A stretch of DNA of 64,000 bases from Mobula hypostoma. Taxonomy: Eukaryota. A model generated the notes under the pieces. The model did no database searches. It was given only the letters and a program-made list of their open reading frames with translations, and had not been told where the DNA came from. The DNA lies in NCBI RefSeq assembly GCF_963921235.1, contig NC_086108.1:7254001-7318000 (forward strand). The letters are read 5' to 3'. The stretch's first letter is position 1. Each line of letters starts with the position of its first letter. Below are positions 14,134 to 27,350 of this stretch, one piece after another. A program made the position numbers and the translations under genes.

Positions 14134-14899
14134 TACTTAGGAACTTTAATATATCAAATCGGGTGGAGATACGTCTCTACTAAAAGAGGTGTAAGGTGCT
14201 CCTTCCCTCTGCTAGCCTGCAGGTCACCCTTGGGCAAGGAGTAGCACCCGCTTAGCCCTTCCACCCCCCCACCCCTCCAAATCAGGGTCACTTGAAGTCA
14301 CGGGAGCAGGTGGTGGATGGTTGTATGAGCAGCTGGTGCATATCCATCCAGGTTATGTGACCACTGACGCCAGGCAGACAGTCTCTGAAGAGTATTGATA
14401 ATGACTGGGGTCACCCGTCTGGTAATGACACTGCCTACAAGAAGGCAATAGCAAACCTCTTCTGTAGAAATATTTGCCAAGAACAATCATTGTCATGGAA
14501 AGACCATGATGGCCCACATCATATGACACAGCACATAACAAATAACTATATCAAAAGGAAGGATGGTTCATGGGGGAGGGAGGGGCTGTCAAACACAAAT
14601 TGCACAAACAGCTGTTAGGACAGGTGACCAACAGCTCAAAGAGGGGTAGATTGTAAGTAGGAGATTAAGCATGGGGAGGGGGGATTCTTGCTGCCAATGG
14701 TAAAATAAGATTGAACAAGCAGCCAGATTGGAGGTGGAGATAGAGATGGCAAGAAAAATCTCAGGGAGTTTTTATACAGCTGGTACAACTATGGAAGGAT
14801 TTGAAAACAAAAGATGTGAATTTTAAAAACGCAGTCATTGTTTAACAGTGCTCAGTAGTGAGGGAAGGAACTGAGCCAAAATTCAAGATTGGTTATTTG

Positions 14900-15100
14900 T
14901 TCTTCAACATTTTTGGGCCGAGACCCTTCTTCAGGACTGGAAAGGAAAGGGGAGGATGCCAGAATAAAAAGTGGGGTTGATGTTCCAAGCCGAGCCAAGA
15001 CCATGCATCAAGACTGGAAATGAAGGGGGAAAGAATCCATAATAGGGAGGCTGTGAGGGGTGGGGGGAAGGAGAACAAGCTGGCAGGTGATAGGTGAAGA
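14900..15100 (-). mobile_element. Penelope-like 3' fragment
   Basis: Degenerate hammerhead (cagtcctgaagaagggtctcggcccaaaa) plus purine-rich tract. Confidence 0.6.
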
Positions 15101-15109
15101 CACTTTTCA

Positions 15110-15660
15110 ATGGTGGTCAATTCTGGTCACCCCACTAGAGGAAGGATGTTGAGGCTTTGGAGAGGGTGCAGAAGAGGTTCACCAGGATGCTGCCTGGTTT
15201 AGAGGGTGTGTGCTATCATGAGAGGCTGGACAAACTTGGGTTGTTTTCTCTGGAGTGTCAGAGGCTGAGTGAAGATCTGATAGAGGTTTATAAGATTATG
15301 AGAGGCACAGATAGAGTAGACAGGGAGTATCTGTTTCCCAGGGTTGAAATGTCTAATAACAGTGGCATGCATTGAAGGTGAAAGGGGGGAAGTTCAAGGA
15401 GGATGTGAGGGGTAAGTTTTTTTCACTCAGAGAGTGGTGGATGCCTGGAATGTGCTGCCTGGTATGGAGATAGAGGCAAATACATTAGAGGCTTTTAAAA
15501 GATATTTAAATAGGCACAGGAATATGAGGAAGACAGAGGGATATGTACATTTTGAGGAAGAGGGGATTAGTTTTTGTGTTTTCTGATTTACTTTTTAGCT
15601 GTTTCGGCACAACACTGTGGGCTGAAGGGCCTTGTTCCTGTGCTGAACTGTTCTATGTTC
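15110..15660 (+). mobile_element. CR1 3' fragment
   Basis: ERVQKRFTRMLPGLEG...LIEVYKIMRG. Confidence 0.85.
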
Positions 15661-15887
15661 TGTGTGGTGGGCACTGTTCCCACTCAGCTGCATGGGTGCG
15701 CAGCCCCGCAGTACCTGAAGTGCTCCAGTGCATCTAGCCTTTTTGGCCGCGCTGCTGGAGTTGGACACAGCTAGAAAGAGTTTACGAAACATAAAAAGTT
15801 TTCTTTGCTGTACTATATTTCATTATAGCCTTCAATTAATAAATAAAACAACAACTGCTCCGCTTAGCTGTGAAAAAAAATTTAGAG

Positions 15888-15951
15888 CAGGGGTTCCCAT
15901 GGACCAATACCATTAAGCAAGGGGTCCATGGAGCCCAGGTTGGGAGCCCTG
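15888..15951. mobile_element. Short hAT (Charlie-like) MITE; other copies at ~10000, ~42464, ~43548, ~55270
   Basis: caggggttccc ... gggagccctg TIRs; approximate 8-bp TSD atttagag/aattagag. Confidence 0.65.
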
Positions 15952-16450
15952 AATTAGAGGGAACGTTGGTGGAAGGAGAATCTATCAAAAAATACGAACA
16001 TGGGAAACAGATAATTATCTGACAATAAACATGTAATGCAGTTGAATCAGGGAGAGGGGCAGGAATGGGTTAACTGCTTTTCTTCTTTCAGAGAACCAGA
16101 ACTCTGAAGAGGTGTGATATAAATTCAGTGACGTTCCTTACTGGATGGAGGGGAAGATCACGGGTTATCAAACCCTGAACCTGAAATAATAAATACTTTA
16201 TTTAGAGAGACAGCACAGTAACATCCCTTCCAGCCCAACGAGCCCGCCCCATCAAATTATACCCAACTAGCTGATCAACCTGCACATCCTCGGACTGTGA
16301 GAGGAAACCAGCATATCTGGAGGAAAACCACAGGAGAACACACAAACCCCTTAAAGGCAGCGGCGGGAATTGAAGCCCAGGTCACTGGCACTGTAATAGC
16401 GCTGTGCTAACTCCTACACTACAGCAAATATTACCATAATTAAATCACTG

Positions 16451-16608
16451 CAACGCATACAAAATGCTGGAGGAACTCAGCAGGCCAGGCAGCATCTAGG
16501 AAAAGAGTACAGTCGACGTTTCAGGCCGAAACCTTTCGGCAGGACTGAGCTCCTCCAGCACTTTGCGTGTGTTGCTCCGATTTCCAGCATCGGCAGATTT
16601 TCTCATTT
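16451..16608. mobile_element. Penelope-like pLTR insertion with inverted 5' segment
   Basis: 15-bp TSD ataattaaatcactg (16436-16450, 16609-16623); the internal inverted repeat aaaatgctggaggaactcag / ctgagctcctccagcacttt encloses the hammerhead motif. Confidence 0.8.
16510..16547 (-). ncRNA. Minimal hammerhead motif, core variant CUGCCGA
   Basis: Reverse complement CAGUC-CUGCCGA-A-AGG(UUUCGG)CCU-GAAA-C-GUC|GACUG. Confidence 0.6.
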
Positions 16609-17089
16609 ATAATTAAATCACTGACAGTATTGTGCAAAAGTCTTAGGCACATGTAAAAAAAATTCTGCAAAGCAAAGATGATTTCAAAAATAATGAAATG
16701 AAAAATTTCTAAATATCAAAAAATTTACTATATACAGCAGCAAACAGTAAAAAAAAACACAAAATCAAATCAATATTTGTTGCGACCAGCCTTTGCCTTT
16801 AAAACTGCATCAATTCTCTTGGGTACATTGCTGTGCAGGTTTGTAAGAAAATCAGCTGGTAGGTTGTTCCAAGCATCTTGGAGAACTGGCCACACACAGT
16901 TCTTCTGCAGACTTTAGCTGTCTCCCTTCTGTCTCTCCAGGTAATCCCAGACAGACTCAATCAGGGCCCTGTGAAGCCACACCATCTGTTGCAGAACTCG
17001 TTCTTCTTTTCGCTGAAGATAGTTCCTTATGACCTCAGCCATGTGTTTGAGGTCATTGTTCTGCTGCAGAATGAAGTTGGGACTGATCA

Positions 17090-18651
17090 TAGAAACATAG
17101 AAACATAGAAAATAGGTGCAGGAGTAGGCCATTCGGCCCTTCGAGCCTGCACCGCCATTTATTATGATCATGGCTGATCATCCAACTCAGAACCCTGCCC
17201 CAGCCTTCCCTCCATACCCCCTGACCCCCGTAGCCACAAGGGCCATATCTAACTCCCTCTTAAACATAGCCAATGAACTGGCCTCAACTGTTTCCTGTGG
17301 CAGAGAATTCCACAGATTCACCACTCTCTGTGTGAAGAAGTTGTTCCTAATCTCGGTCCTAAAAGGCTTCCCCTCTATCCTCAAACTGTGACCCCTCGTT
17401 CTGGACTTCCCCAACATCGGGAACAATCTTCCTGCATCTAGCCTGTCCAATCCCTTTAGGATCTTATACGTTTCAATCAGATCCCCCCTCAATCTTCTAA
17501 ATTCCAACGAGTACAAACCCAATTCATCCAGTCTTTCTTCATATGAAAGTCCTGCCATCCCAGGAATCAATCTGGTGAACCTTCTTTGTACTCCCTCTAT
17601 GGCAAAGATGTCTTTCCTCAGATTAGGGGGCCATAACTGCACACAATACTCCAGGTGTGGTCTCACCAAGGCCTTGTACAACTGCAGTAGTACCTCCCTG
17701 CTCCTGTACTTGAATCCTCTCGCTATAAATGCCAGCATACCATTCGCCTTTTTCACCGCCTGCTGTACCTGCATGCCCACTTTCAATGACTGGTGTATAA
17801 TGACACCCAGGTCTCATTGCACCTCCCCTTTTCCTAATCGGCCACCATTCAGATAATAATCTGTTTTCCTATTTTTGCCACCAAAGTGGATAACTTCACA
17901 TTTATCCACATTAAATTGCATCTGCCATGAGTTTGCCCACTCACCCAACCTATCCAAGTCACCCTGCATCCTCTTAGCATCCTCCTCACTGCTAACACTG
18001 CCACCCAGCTTCGTGTCATCCGCAAACTTGGAGATGCTGCATTTAATTCCCTCATCCAAGTCATTAATATATATTGTAAACAACTGGGGTCCCAGCACTG
18101 AGCCTTGCGGTACCCCACTAGTCACCGCCTGCCATTCTGAAAAGGTCCCGTTTATTCCCACTCTTTGCTTCCTGTCTGCTAACCAATTCTCCACCCACAC
18201 CAATACCTTACCCCCAATACCGTGTGCTTTAAGTTTGCACACTAATCTCCTGTGTGGGACCTTGTCAAAAGCCTTTTGAAAATCCAAATATACCACATCC
18301 ACTGGTTCTCCCCTATCCACTCTACTAGTTACATCCTCAAAAAATTCTATGAGATCCGTCAGACATGATTTTCCTTTCACAAATCCATGCTGACTTTGTC
18401 CGATCATTTCTCCGCTTTCCAAATGTGCTGTTATCACATCCTTGATAACTGACTCCAGCGGTTTCCCCACCACTGACGTTAGGCTAACCGGTCTATAATT
18501 CCCCGGTTTCTCTCTCCCTCCTTTTTTAAAAATTGGGGTTACATTAGCCACCCTCCAATCCTCAGGAACTAGTCCAGAATCTAACGAGTTTTGAAAAATT
18601 ATCACTGATGCATCCACTATTTCTTGGGCTACTTCCTTAAGCACTCTAGGA
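17090..18651 (-). mobile_element. Young 5'-truncated CR1 LINE (RT domain)
   Basis: ORFs 17814-18644 and 17187-17786 are in one frame, split by a single TGA; motifs YRPVSLTS, YLDFQKAFDKV, GVPQGSVLGP, FADD; (TTTCTATG)n tail; TSD tgatca. Confidence 0.95.
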
Positions 18652-19629
18652 TGATCAGACGCCTCCCTGATGGTAATGCGTGATGGATGAGAATTTGCTT
18701 GTACTTCTCAGCATTGAGGTTTCCATTAATTCTGACCAAAACATCAACTCCATTTGCAGAAACACAGCCCTAAACCTGCAGGGAACCTCTGCCGCACTCC
18801 ACTGTTGGCTGCAGACACTTGTCCATGTAGTGCTCTCCAGCTTTTCTACGGACAGACAGCCTCCTGTTTGATCCAAAAATTTCAAATGTGGACTCGTCAG
18901 TCCAGAGCACTTGCTACTGTTATTCAGCATCTCAGTCCTTGTGTTTTCGTGCTTAGGCGAGTCTCTTGGCTGTTTCCACTTCAGAGGAACAGCTTTTTGG
19001 CAGCAACTCTTCCATGAAGACTACTTCTGACAAAACTTCTCCGGACTCTACTTCGGTTCCAGTGCAAGTTCAAAGCTGATAGCAGTGCTGGACTTTTTCC
19101 AATTTAGAAGGGACGTCAATTTGATGCATCTCTCATCTGCTGCACTTGGTTTCTGTGGCTGACCACTGGTTTCCGGTCCTCAACCTTGTCCATTTCTTTG
19201 TGCGTTTCAGCAGAACTTGGACAGCTCATCTTGAAACTCCTGTCAGCCACAAAATTTCTGCTTAGGAGACTGATACAGGATGACCACCTCGTGTTCTGTT
19301 GCTGTACTCACTCTTACCGTGGTGTAAGAATTGATGATCTGAAGATTAAACTGTCACATCGGCCACACCCTCACCTTTTAGCTTGGTTGTCCTTCGCCTA
19401 ATTTGTTCCTTGTACACCCGTTTCTGTTTCAGTTAATCAGTTTAGCTCATTCAACTCATTATGTCATTGAACATCAGCATCCTGTTTGTTATCTTTGTTT
19501 AATCATGCACTGGGCTAGACACCTACAAAGTAGTCAAGTTTTTATTTGAGAGGTGGTTTGTTGTTTAAAGTTACTTTGCTTAACGAAATACAAACATTTC
19601 TGTAATGCTTAATTTTTTTTTGAGAAGTT

Positions 19630-21081
19630 GGGCTATGCACTTGGCTCTATTTTAAGTTCCTCTCTTCCTTTTGATTTGAAAAACGCCTCAAACTGGTCTC
19701 TAACCCGATAGTTAAGTATACCTTGCGTATTTGGTTTCAATTCAGAAAATTTTTTGATCTCAACCAATTTGCTAGCGATTCCTATTTTAGGTAACATATT
19801 TTTTCCTCCCTCTTTCACGGATCACGTGTTTCAAATTTGGAAGACTAAGGGTATTTCACGGTTTTTGGATTTATTTTTAGATGGTTCCCTTATGTCTTTT
19901 GAACAATTATCTAATAAATATAATTTACCAAGAATACATTTTTTTAGATATCTCCAAGTTAGAAATTTCCTAAGTACTATACTCTCTTCCTTTCCGACGC
20001 TACCTCCTACATACATTTTAGATACTATAATTAACCTTAATCCATGTCAGAAAGATGTAACGGCTAATATTTATAATATTATTATGAAACTTAGGAAAGC
20101 TCCATTTGATAAGATTAGGTCAGATTGGGAACAAGAATTGGGTTCTATTATTTCCGTGGATGACTGGGGGCAGATTTTACAATTAGTCAATACTTCCTCT
20201 ATCTGTGCTAAACATTCCCTAATTCAATTTAAAGTTGTTCATAGAGCACATATGTCCAAAGATAAATTAGCTCGTTTCTATTCTCATATCAATCCTTTTT
20301 GTGATAGATGTCCGGGGCAGATAGCCTCTTTAACTCATATGTTTTGGTCTTGTCCTACTCTGGAAACTTTTTGGAGAGATATTTTTAATATTATCTCAAA
20401 GGTATTGAATATAGATATCTCTCCTCATCCTATTACTGCTATCTTTGGATTACCTAAAATTTCCAGTAATCTTTCCCTTTCAGCCCGTAGAATGATTGCA
20501 TTTCTTACTTTAATGGCGAAAAGATGTATCTTACAACATTGGAAAGAGCCTAATGCTCCAACTACCTTTTTTTGGTTTTCCCAGACGATATTATGCTTAA
20601 ATTTGGAGAAAATTAGAAGTAATCTTTGTGATTCCTCACTTAAATTTGAACAGACCTGGAGATCTTTTATTCAATATTTTCATTTAATGTAATTTTTTTT
20701 CTCTTTTGTTCCATATTTATATTCCCTTCTTGCCTTTTTTTAAACTGTTTTTAATGGAGGTCGGGTTTGAGGACGTGATTTTTAAGTTCTTTAACTCTAC
20801 CTGTTTCCAAGTTAGCCCATTGCTTTTAGTTTAGTTGCATGGTGGGTTTTTTTTTGGGGGGGTCTTTTTTTGGGTTTTTTTTTTCCTTTTCTCTATTGAT
20901 ATATATATATAAAAATTAGTATACTATTATTTTACCATATTATTTTATGTTTAAATTGCACTGTTTGTATCAATTTTTTCTTCTGTATTAATATCTCCTG
21001 TAATTTCTAACAGTGTATTAGTGCCTTTATGGTTTACCCTTTGTATACTTATTCAATAAAAAGATTTAAAAAGAAAAGAAA
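19630..21081 (+). mobile_element. 5'-truncated L1-clade LINE (ORF2 C-terminus, 3' UTR, A-rich tail)
   Basis: ORF 19754-20692 with CDRC...LTHMFWSC zinc knuckle; T-rich 3' UTR, AATAAA and A-rich tail; 8-bp TSD gagaagtt (19622-19629, 21082-21089). Confidence 0.92.
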
Positions 21082-21321
21082 GAGAAGTTAATGTCTGGAA
21101 ATCTTTGGTCTATTGATCTGACACACTAATGCAGAGGACAAAAAAAAACATCTCAAACAAAATTTATATTAAAAAATTTAGGGTGCTCAAGACTGTAAAC
21201 TTAAACTTAAATAGACTGCACAGTACTGTAAAGAGATGAAATATCATGGTATTGACAATACCTACAAGCAGCGTCTGGAAAAGAATTGGTCATGTTATCA
21301 AAGAAAGGCTACCACACAATA

Positions 21322-23153
21322 TTGGAGTGAAGGAGGATGAGAGGTGACTTGATAGAGGTGTAGAAGACAGTAAAAGGCACAGATCTAGTGGACAACCAAA
21401 GACTCCTCCCCACCCCAGAGTGAAATTGACTAATATGGGGACATAATTTTAAGGAGATTGGAGGGAAGTATAGGAGGGAGGATGTCAAAGGTAATGTTTT
21501 TACACAGAGAGTGGTGGATGTCTGGAACACCCTGCAGGGGTGGTGGCAAAGAGTGATACATTAGAACATTTAAGACTCTTGGCTAAGCACGTGGATGATA
21601 GAAAAATGAAGGGCTACATAGGAAGGAAGGGTAAGATTGATCTTACATTAGGTTAAAGGGTTGGCACAACATTATGGGCTAAAGGGCCTGTATTGTGCAG
21701 TAATGTTCTGTGTATTAATAAGCAGCGAGTTACTAGTTCCATACAAGATGTGTATGATGTTTCATTACATTTCCAAGCGAATTAAAACCAATGAAATACA
21801 TTTTGAAATGTGGCCACTCTTATTAGATCGGAAACATGACTAGTAATATGTGGAGAACAAACTCTCACTCCACTCTCCAGGGAGAAGACAGGAAATTATA
21901 AGCCAATTAGCCTGATCTGAGTGGTTGGGAGTTGATCATTAAGTATGTGGTTTCGGGGTACTTGGAGGCACATAACAAAATAGGAAATCTTGCCTGACAA
22001 ATCTGTCGGAATTCTTTGAGGAAGTAACAAGCAGGATAGACAAAGGAAAAAAGGTGAGCTTGTGTACTTGGAACTTCAGAAGACCTTCAACAAGCCCATG
22101 CTATTACAGGAAAGATACTAGGCAAAGAGTGGGAATAAAGGGATCTTTTTTCTAGTCGTGATTAGGGTCCTGTGTTGGGACCGCTTCTTTTTACGTTATA
22201 CATCAATGATTTGGTTGGTGGAACTGATACCTTTGTGGCCAAGTTTGTGAAAGATATGAAGATAGATGGAGGAGCTGGTAGTTTTGAGCAAGTAAAGAGG
22301 CTACAGAAGACTTGGACAGATTCGGAGAACAGGCAAAGAAGTGGCAGATGGAATATGGTATTGGGAAATGTACGGTCACACACTTTGGTAGAAGCATTGA
22401 CTACCTTCTAAATGGAGAGAAAGTTCAAAAGTCTGAGGTGCAAAGGGCTTGGGAGACCTTGTGCAGAATTCCCTAAATGCTAATTTGTAGGTTGAGTCGG
22501 TGGTGAGGAAGGCGAATGCAATGTTAGCATTCATTTTGAGAGGATTAGAATATAAAAGCAAGGATGTAATGTTGGGCTTGATAAGGCACTACTGAGGCCT
22601 CACTTGGAGTATTGTGAGCAGCCTTGGGCCCCTTAACTAAGAAAAGATGTGCTGACATTTGAGAGGGCTCAATGGAGGTTCACAAAAATGATTCTGGGAT
22701 TGGAAGACTTATCATATGAGGAGCGTTTGATGGCTCTGGGCCTTTACCTACTGGAGTTCAGAAGAATGAGTTTCTCATTGAAATCCATTGAATGTTGAAA
22801 GGCCTCAATGGAGTGGATGTGGAGAGGATGTTTTCTCCGGTGGGGAGTCTAAAACCAGACAACTCAGCCTCAGGATAGAGGGAATTCCTTTAGAACGGCG
22901 ATGAGGAGGAACTTCTTGAGCCAGAAGGTGGAGAATCTGTGGAATCTGTTGCCAAAGGCAGCTGTGGAGGCCAAGCCACTGGTATATTTAAGGCAGAAGT
23001 TGATAGATTCTTGATTAGTCAGGGCATGAAGGGATACAGGGAGAAGGCAGAAGATTGGGACAGGGAAGGAAATAGATCAGCCATGATGAAATGGTGGAGC
23101 AAACCCGATGGGCTGAATGGCCTAATTCTGCTCCTATATCTTATAGTTCTATA
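21322..23153 (+). mobile_element. Two CR1 fragments (21322-21712, 21880-23153)
   Basis: LGPLLFTLYINDL...VAKF remnants and CR1 3' UTRs. Confidence 0.85.
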
Positions 23154-23567
23154 ATATGATAACAATCTAAATATCGGTCCCAGGACACACAGGGGAACTG
23201 GTTTGGTCTTTGTCGTGAGCAGAGGGGAGACTTGTTCAACGTCTGATCGAGCTAAAATATTTTCAGTACAGCATGTTCACTCAACGCTCTGAAAGTGAGT
23301 CACAACCTTTCCTTGAACTACCTCCCTCCAAACGAGTAATTTTGATGTCATGGTATAAACAAGGAGCTGAGACTGGAGGGACATGATGTGAGAAGTCACG
23401 GAGGTATTCTGACTGTTATGGGGAGATTGAATGTCTGGGCATCCCTTTTGTAGAAGAATCCAGGACCTCAGTGTGCTGCAGGAACTAACCCTGAGCTCCG
23501 TGTTACTGTGTGGCTGCCGTTTGTAACTTGGATCAGAGGTGTGGCTGTACTTCACAAAAGCACTAAC

Positions 23568-23798
23568 CTGCATGTCCGCTGACCTCCGTCCTTGACCTTG
23601 CTTCTCCCTCCACTTCCACTGCTTCTATGGTGGCCGTGTTGTCAGCGGTGCGCTCAGTTTCCTGCTCTGGCCTCGCAGCGGGAAGATCTTGGCCTCCAAT
23701 CTCACCAGGCTCAGTGGCAGCCATGGACCCCTGCCCAGCGTGTTCTCTGGAGGGGGGAGGATCACAGTCGGTAGGGGCGACCTGAGGCTCCAACTCTG
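23568..23798 (-). CDS. CCDC9: Probable CCDC9 coding exon G, low complexity, (A)ELEPQVAPTDCDPPPSRE...EVSGHA
   Basis: Non-repetitive GC-rich open frame. Acceptor cttttgtttggcag|CAG is phase 1, matching the exon F donor; donor CAG|gttagt; 231 nt, symmetric. No recognisable conserved motif. Confidence 0.65.
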
Positions 23799-23854
23799 CT
23801 GCCAAACAAAAGCATGACCATTAACTCAAGCTGTTGGACCAGAGGCTTCTAGCA

Positions 23855-24095
23855 GCACAGAACAAGAGGAGATAACACTGAAACATCATTCCTCTGGGAC
23901 ACAGAACAAAGGGAGATAACACTGAAACATCGTTCCTCTGGGATACAGAACAAGTGGAGATAACACTGAAACATCATTCCTCTGGGATACAGAACAAGGG
24001 GACAGAAGGCTGAAACATCGTTCCTCTGGGATACAGAACAAGGGGAGACAAGGCTAAAACAGCGTCCTTCTGGGACACAGAGCAAGGGGAGAGGA
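23855..24095. repeat. 44-bp minisatellite (~5.5 copies)
   Basis: gagataacactgaaacatc.ttcctctggga.acagaacaa at 23869, 23913, 23957, 24001, 24045. Confidence 0.92.
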
Positions 24096-24436
24096 ATGGC
24101 CCCAGAGGAATGGTGGTTTCGTTTAGCTGTATACATGTGTATGGTTGAATGGCTGTAGAGGCAGAATTAGGCCATCTTGCCCATCGAGGTGGAGGTGGAG
24201 GAACAACAGATTGAGCTTTCGTCTTGTCTCACCCACAGTTGATACAGTTTATTTATTTACTGAGACACGATGTGGAATACGTCCTTCCTTCCCTTCAAGC
24301 CAATCCTCCGATTTAACCCTTGCCTAATCATAGGACAATGCACAATTAACCTACCAACTGGTAAGTCTTTGGACTGCGGGAGGAAACCAGGGCACCTGGA
24401 GGAAACCCACGCTGTCACAAGGGGAGCGTAAAAAGA

Positions 24437-26510
24437 CGCTGGAGTTTCTGTGAAAAATGAGGGAAGTGCAAGACGGATATATTCCAAATAAGAAGAAATT
24501 TTTGAATGGAAGGACACTACCGTGGCTGACAAGTGCAGTCAGAGCCAAAGTAAAATCAAAAGAGAGGGAATACAAGGCAGCCAAAGCTAGTGGGAAGATA
24601 GAGGATTGGAAAGCTTTTAAAACTTGCAAAAGGAAACTAAGAAGGTCATTAGGAAGGAAAAGATGAATTATGAAAGGAAGCTGGCGACTAATATCGAAGA
24701 AGATACTAGAAGTTTTTTTTAAAGTATATAAAGGGTAAAAGAGAGTTGAGGGTAGATATAGGACCAATAGAAAATGACGCTGGAGATATTGTAATGAGAG
24801 ATACAGCGATGGCAGAGGAACTGAATGCGTATTTTGCATCAGTCTTCACAGTGGAAGACATCTGCTGTATACTGGACATTCAAGAGTGTCAGGGAACTGA
24901 AGTATGTGCAGTGAAAATTACAACTGAGAAGGTATTCAGGAAGCTTAATGGTCTGAGGGTGGATAATTCTCCTGGACCTGATGGAATGCACCCTTGGGTT
25001 CTGAAGGAAGTAGCTAGAGAGATTGTAGAGGCATTAACAATAAATTTTCAAGAATCAATAGATTCTGGCATTGTACCGGATGACTGGACAATTGCAGATG
25101 TTACTCTGCTATTTAAGAAGGGTGGGAGGCAGCAGAAAGGAACCTATAGACCTGTTAGCCTGACATCAGTAGTTGGGAAGTTTTTGGAATCGATTGTTAG
25201 GTATGAGATTACTGAATAGCTGGAGGCACATGACAAGATAGGCCAAAGCCAGCATGGTTTCCTGAAAGGAAAATCCTGCCTGACTAACCTTCTGTAATTT
25301 TCTGAGGAAATTACAAGCAGGGTAGACAAAGGAGATGTAGTAGATGTGGTGTACTTGGATTTTCAGAAGGCCTTTGACAAGGTGCTGCACATGAGGCTGC
25401 TTAACAAGATTAGAGCCCATGGAATTACAGGGGAGTTACTAGCATGGGTGGAGCATTGGCTGATCGGCAGAAAACAGAGAGTGGGAATAAAGGGATCCTA
25501 TTCTGGCTGGCTGATGGTTACCAGTGGAGTTCCACAGGGGTTGGTGTTGGGACTGCTGCTTTTTACAATGTATGGCAATGATGTGGTCTATGGGATTAAT
25601 GGATTTGTGGCTAAATTTGCCAATGATACAAAGATAAGTGGAGCTGCGGGAAGTGTTGAGGAAACAGAGAGGCTGCATAGAGTCTTAAGTAGTTGAGGGG
25701 AATGGGTAAAGAAGTGGCAAATGAAATACAATGTTGGAAAGTGTACGGTCATACTTTGGTGGAAGAAATTATTTAGATGGGGAGAGAATTCAAAATGCAG
25801 AGAGGCAAAGGGACTTGGAAGTCCTTATGCAGGATACCCTAAAGGTTAACCTCCAGGTTGAGTTGGTGGTGAGGAAGGCGAATGCAATGTTGGCATTCAT
25901 TTCTAGAGGTTTAGAATATAAGAGCAGGGATGTGATCTTGAGGCTCTATAAGGCACTAGTGAGACCACACTTGAAGTACTGTGTGCAGTTTTGGGCTCCT
26001 TATTTTAGAAAGGATATACTGACATTGGAGAGAGTTCGGAGAAAATTCATGAGAATGATTCTAGGAATGAAAGGGTTACCATACGAGGAACATCTGGGAG
26101 CTCTTGGGCTGTATTCCCTGGAGTTCAGGAGGATGGGGGGGATATCATTGAAACATTCCGAATGTTGAAAGGCCTGAATGGCAAAGTTATTTCCCATGGT
26201 AGGGGAGTCTTGGACAAGCGGGTGCGACTTCAGAATTGAAGGACTTCCATTTAGAACAGAGATGCGGAAAAATTTACTTTAGTCAGAGGGTGGTAAATCT
26301 GTGGAAATTGTTGTCATGAGCAGCTGTGGAGGACAAGTCATTGGGTGCATTTAAGGCAGAGATAGATAGGTTCTTGATAGCTAGGGTATCAAAGGGTATG
26401 GGGAGAAGGCAGGGGAGTGGGGATGATTGGAAGAGTTAGATCAGCCCATGATTGATTGCAGACTCGATGGGCTGAATGGTCTACTTCTACTCCTATATCT
26501 TCTGGTCTTA
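24437..26510 (+). mobile_element. CR1 ORF2 fragment, ~2 kb, frameshifted
   Basis: ORFs 24746-25219, 25346-25696 and 25731-26168 carry RT motifs. Confidence 0.92.
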
Positions 26511-27165
26511 TGCTTTCCAGCAGCAGGGACTGGCAATCTGGTCAGGATTGATAGGAAGATGAATACTACTAAATACACAGAGATCCTGGATAAAAACCTG
26601 CTAGCCTCTGCCAAAAAGCTTAAATTGGGGAGGAAATTCATCTTTCAGCAGGACAACAACCTAAAGCACACTGTCAGAGCAACCATGGAGTGGCTTCAAA
26701 TGAAGAAAACTGATGTCACTGAGTGGCCCAGTCAGAGTCCTGGCCATAACCCAACTGAACATCTCTGACAAGACCTCGAGACTACTGTCCACCACTGCTC
26801 CTTTAATAACCTCGCACTGCCTGGACGATTTTGCAAGGATGAATGTGCAAATCTTGTTCTATCATGTTGTGCAAAGCCAATAGAGACTTATCCAGAAAGA
26901 CTACTGGCTGTATCAGCTGTGAGAGGGAGTTCAACTAAGTACTGAGCAAGAGGGATGAACACTTCTGAATTGCTGACATTTCAGTTTGTGATGGTTTAGT
27001 TTTTCAGGCTTCACAATTTTCCCTGTTTTTCGGGTTCTACTGTGAAAAAAGGAGCATGTGATTCACAAGTAAAAATTCTCAGTTAAATTGATCAAAATCC
27101 CTGGCTGTAATACTCATTTGTGTGAACAAAGGGCTGGGCGATGAATATTTTCACAAGACTCTGTT
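26510..27165 (+). mobile_element. Tc1-like transposase 3' fragment and right end
   Basis: FQQDNNLKH...EWPSQSPGHNPTEHL in ORF 26427-26768. Confidence 0.8.
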
Positions 27166-27350
27166 CTGAAATTTGTTGTTTTGTGGCAGCAGTACAGTGT
27201 AAGCCACAAAATAAACTATAAATGACAAAAAGAAAAAATCATTTATATCGTATTTAATAAATAATAGATATAATATGCACATATAAATGCATGTTATATA
27301 TAAGCATCATATGTAAACATTTATATATAATTAATAAATAAATAAACAAA

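Larger units (their letters stand above)
16625..21228 (-). mobile_element. Degenerate Tc1-like transposon interrupted by CR1 and L1 insertions
   Basis: TIRs cagtattgtgcaaaagtcttaggcac ... gtgctcaagact..tgcacagtactg|ta; transposase remnants FILQQNNDLKH...IESVWDYLER (16914-17088) continuing after 18652. Confidence 0.85.

Noticed and set aside
19754..20692. Host gene of 312 aa
   Set aside because: It is an L1 ORF2 C-terminus bounded by a TSD and an A-rich tail.
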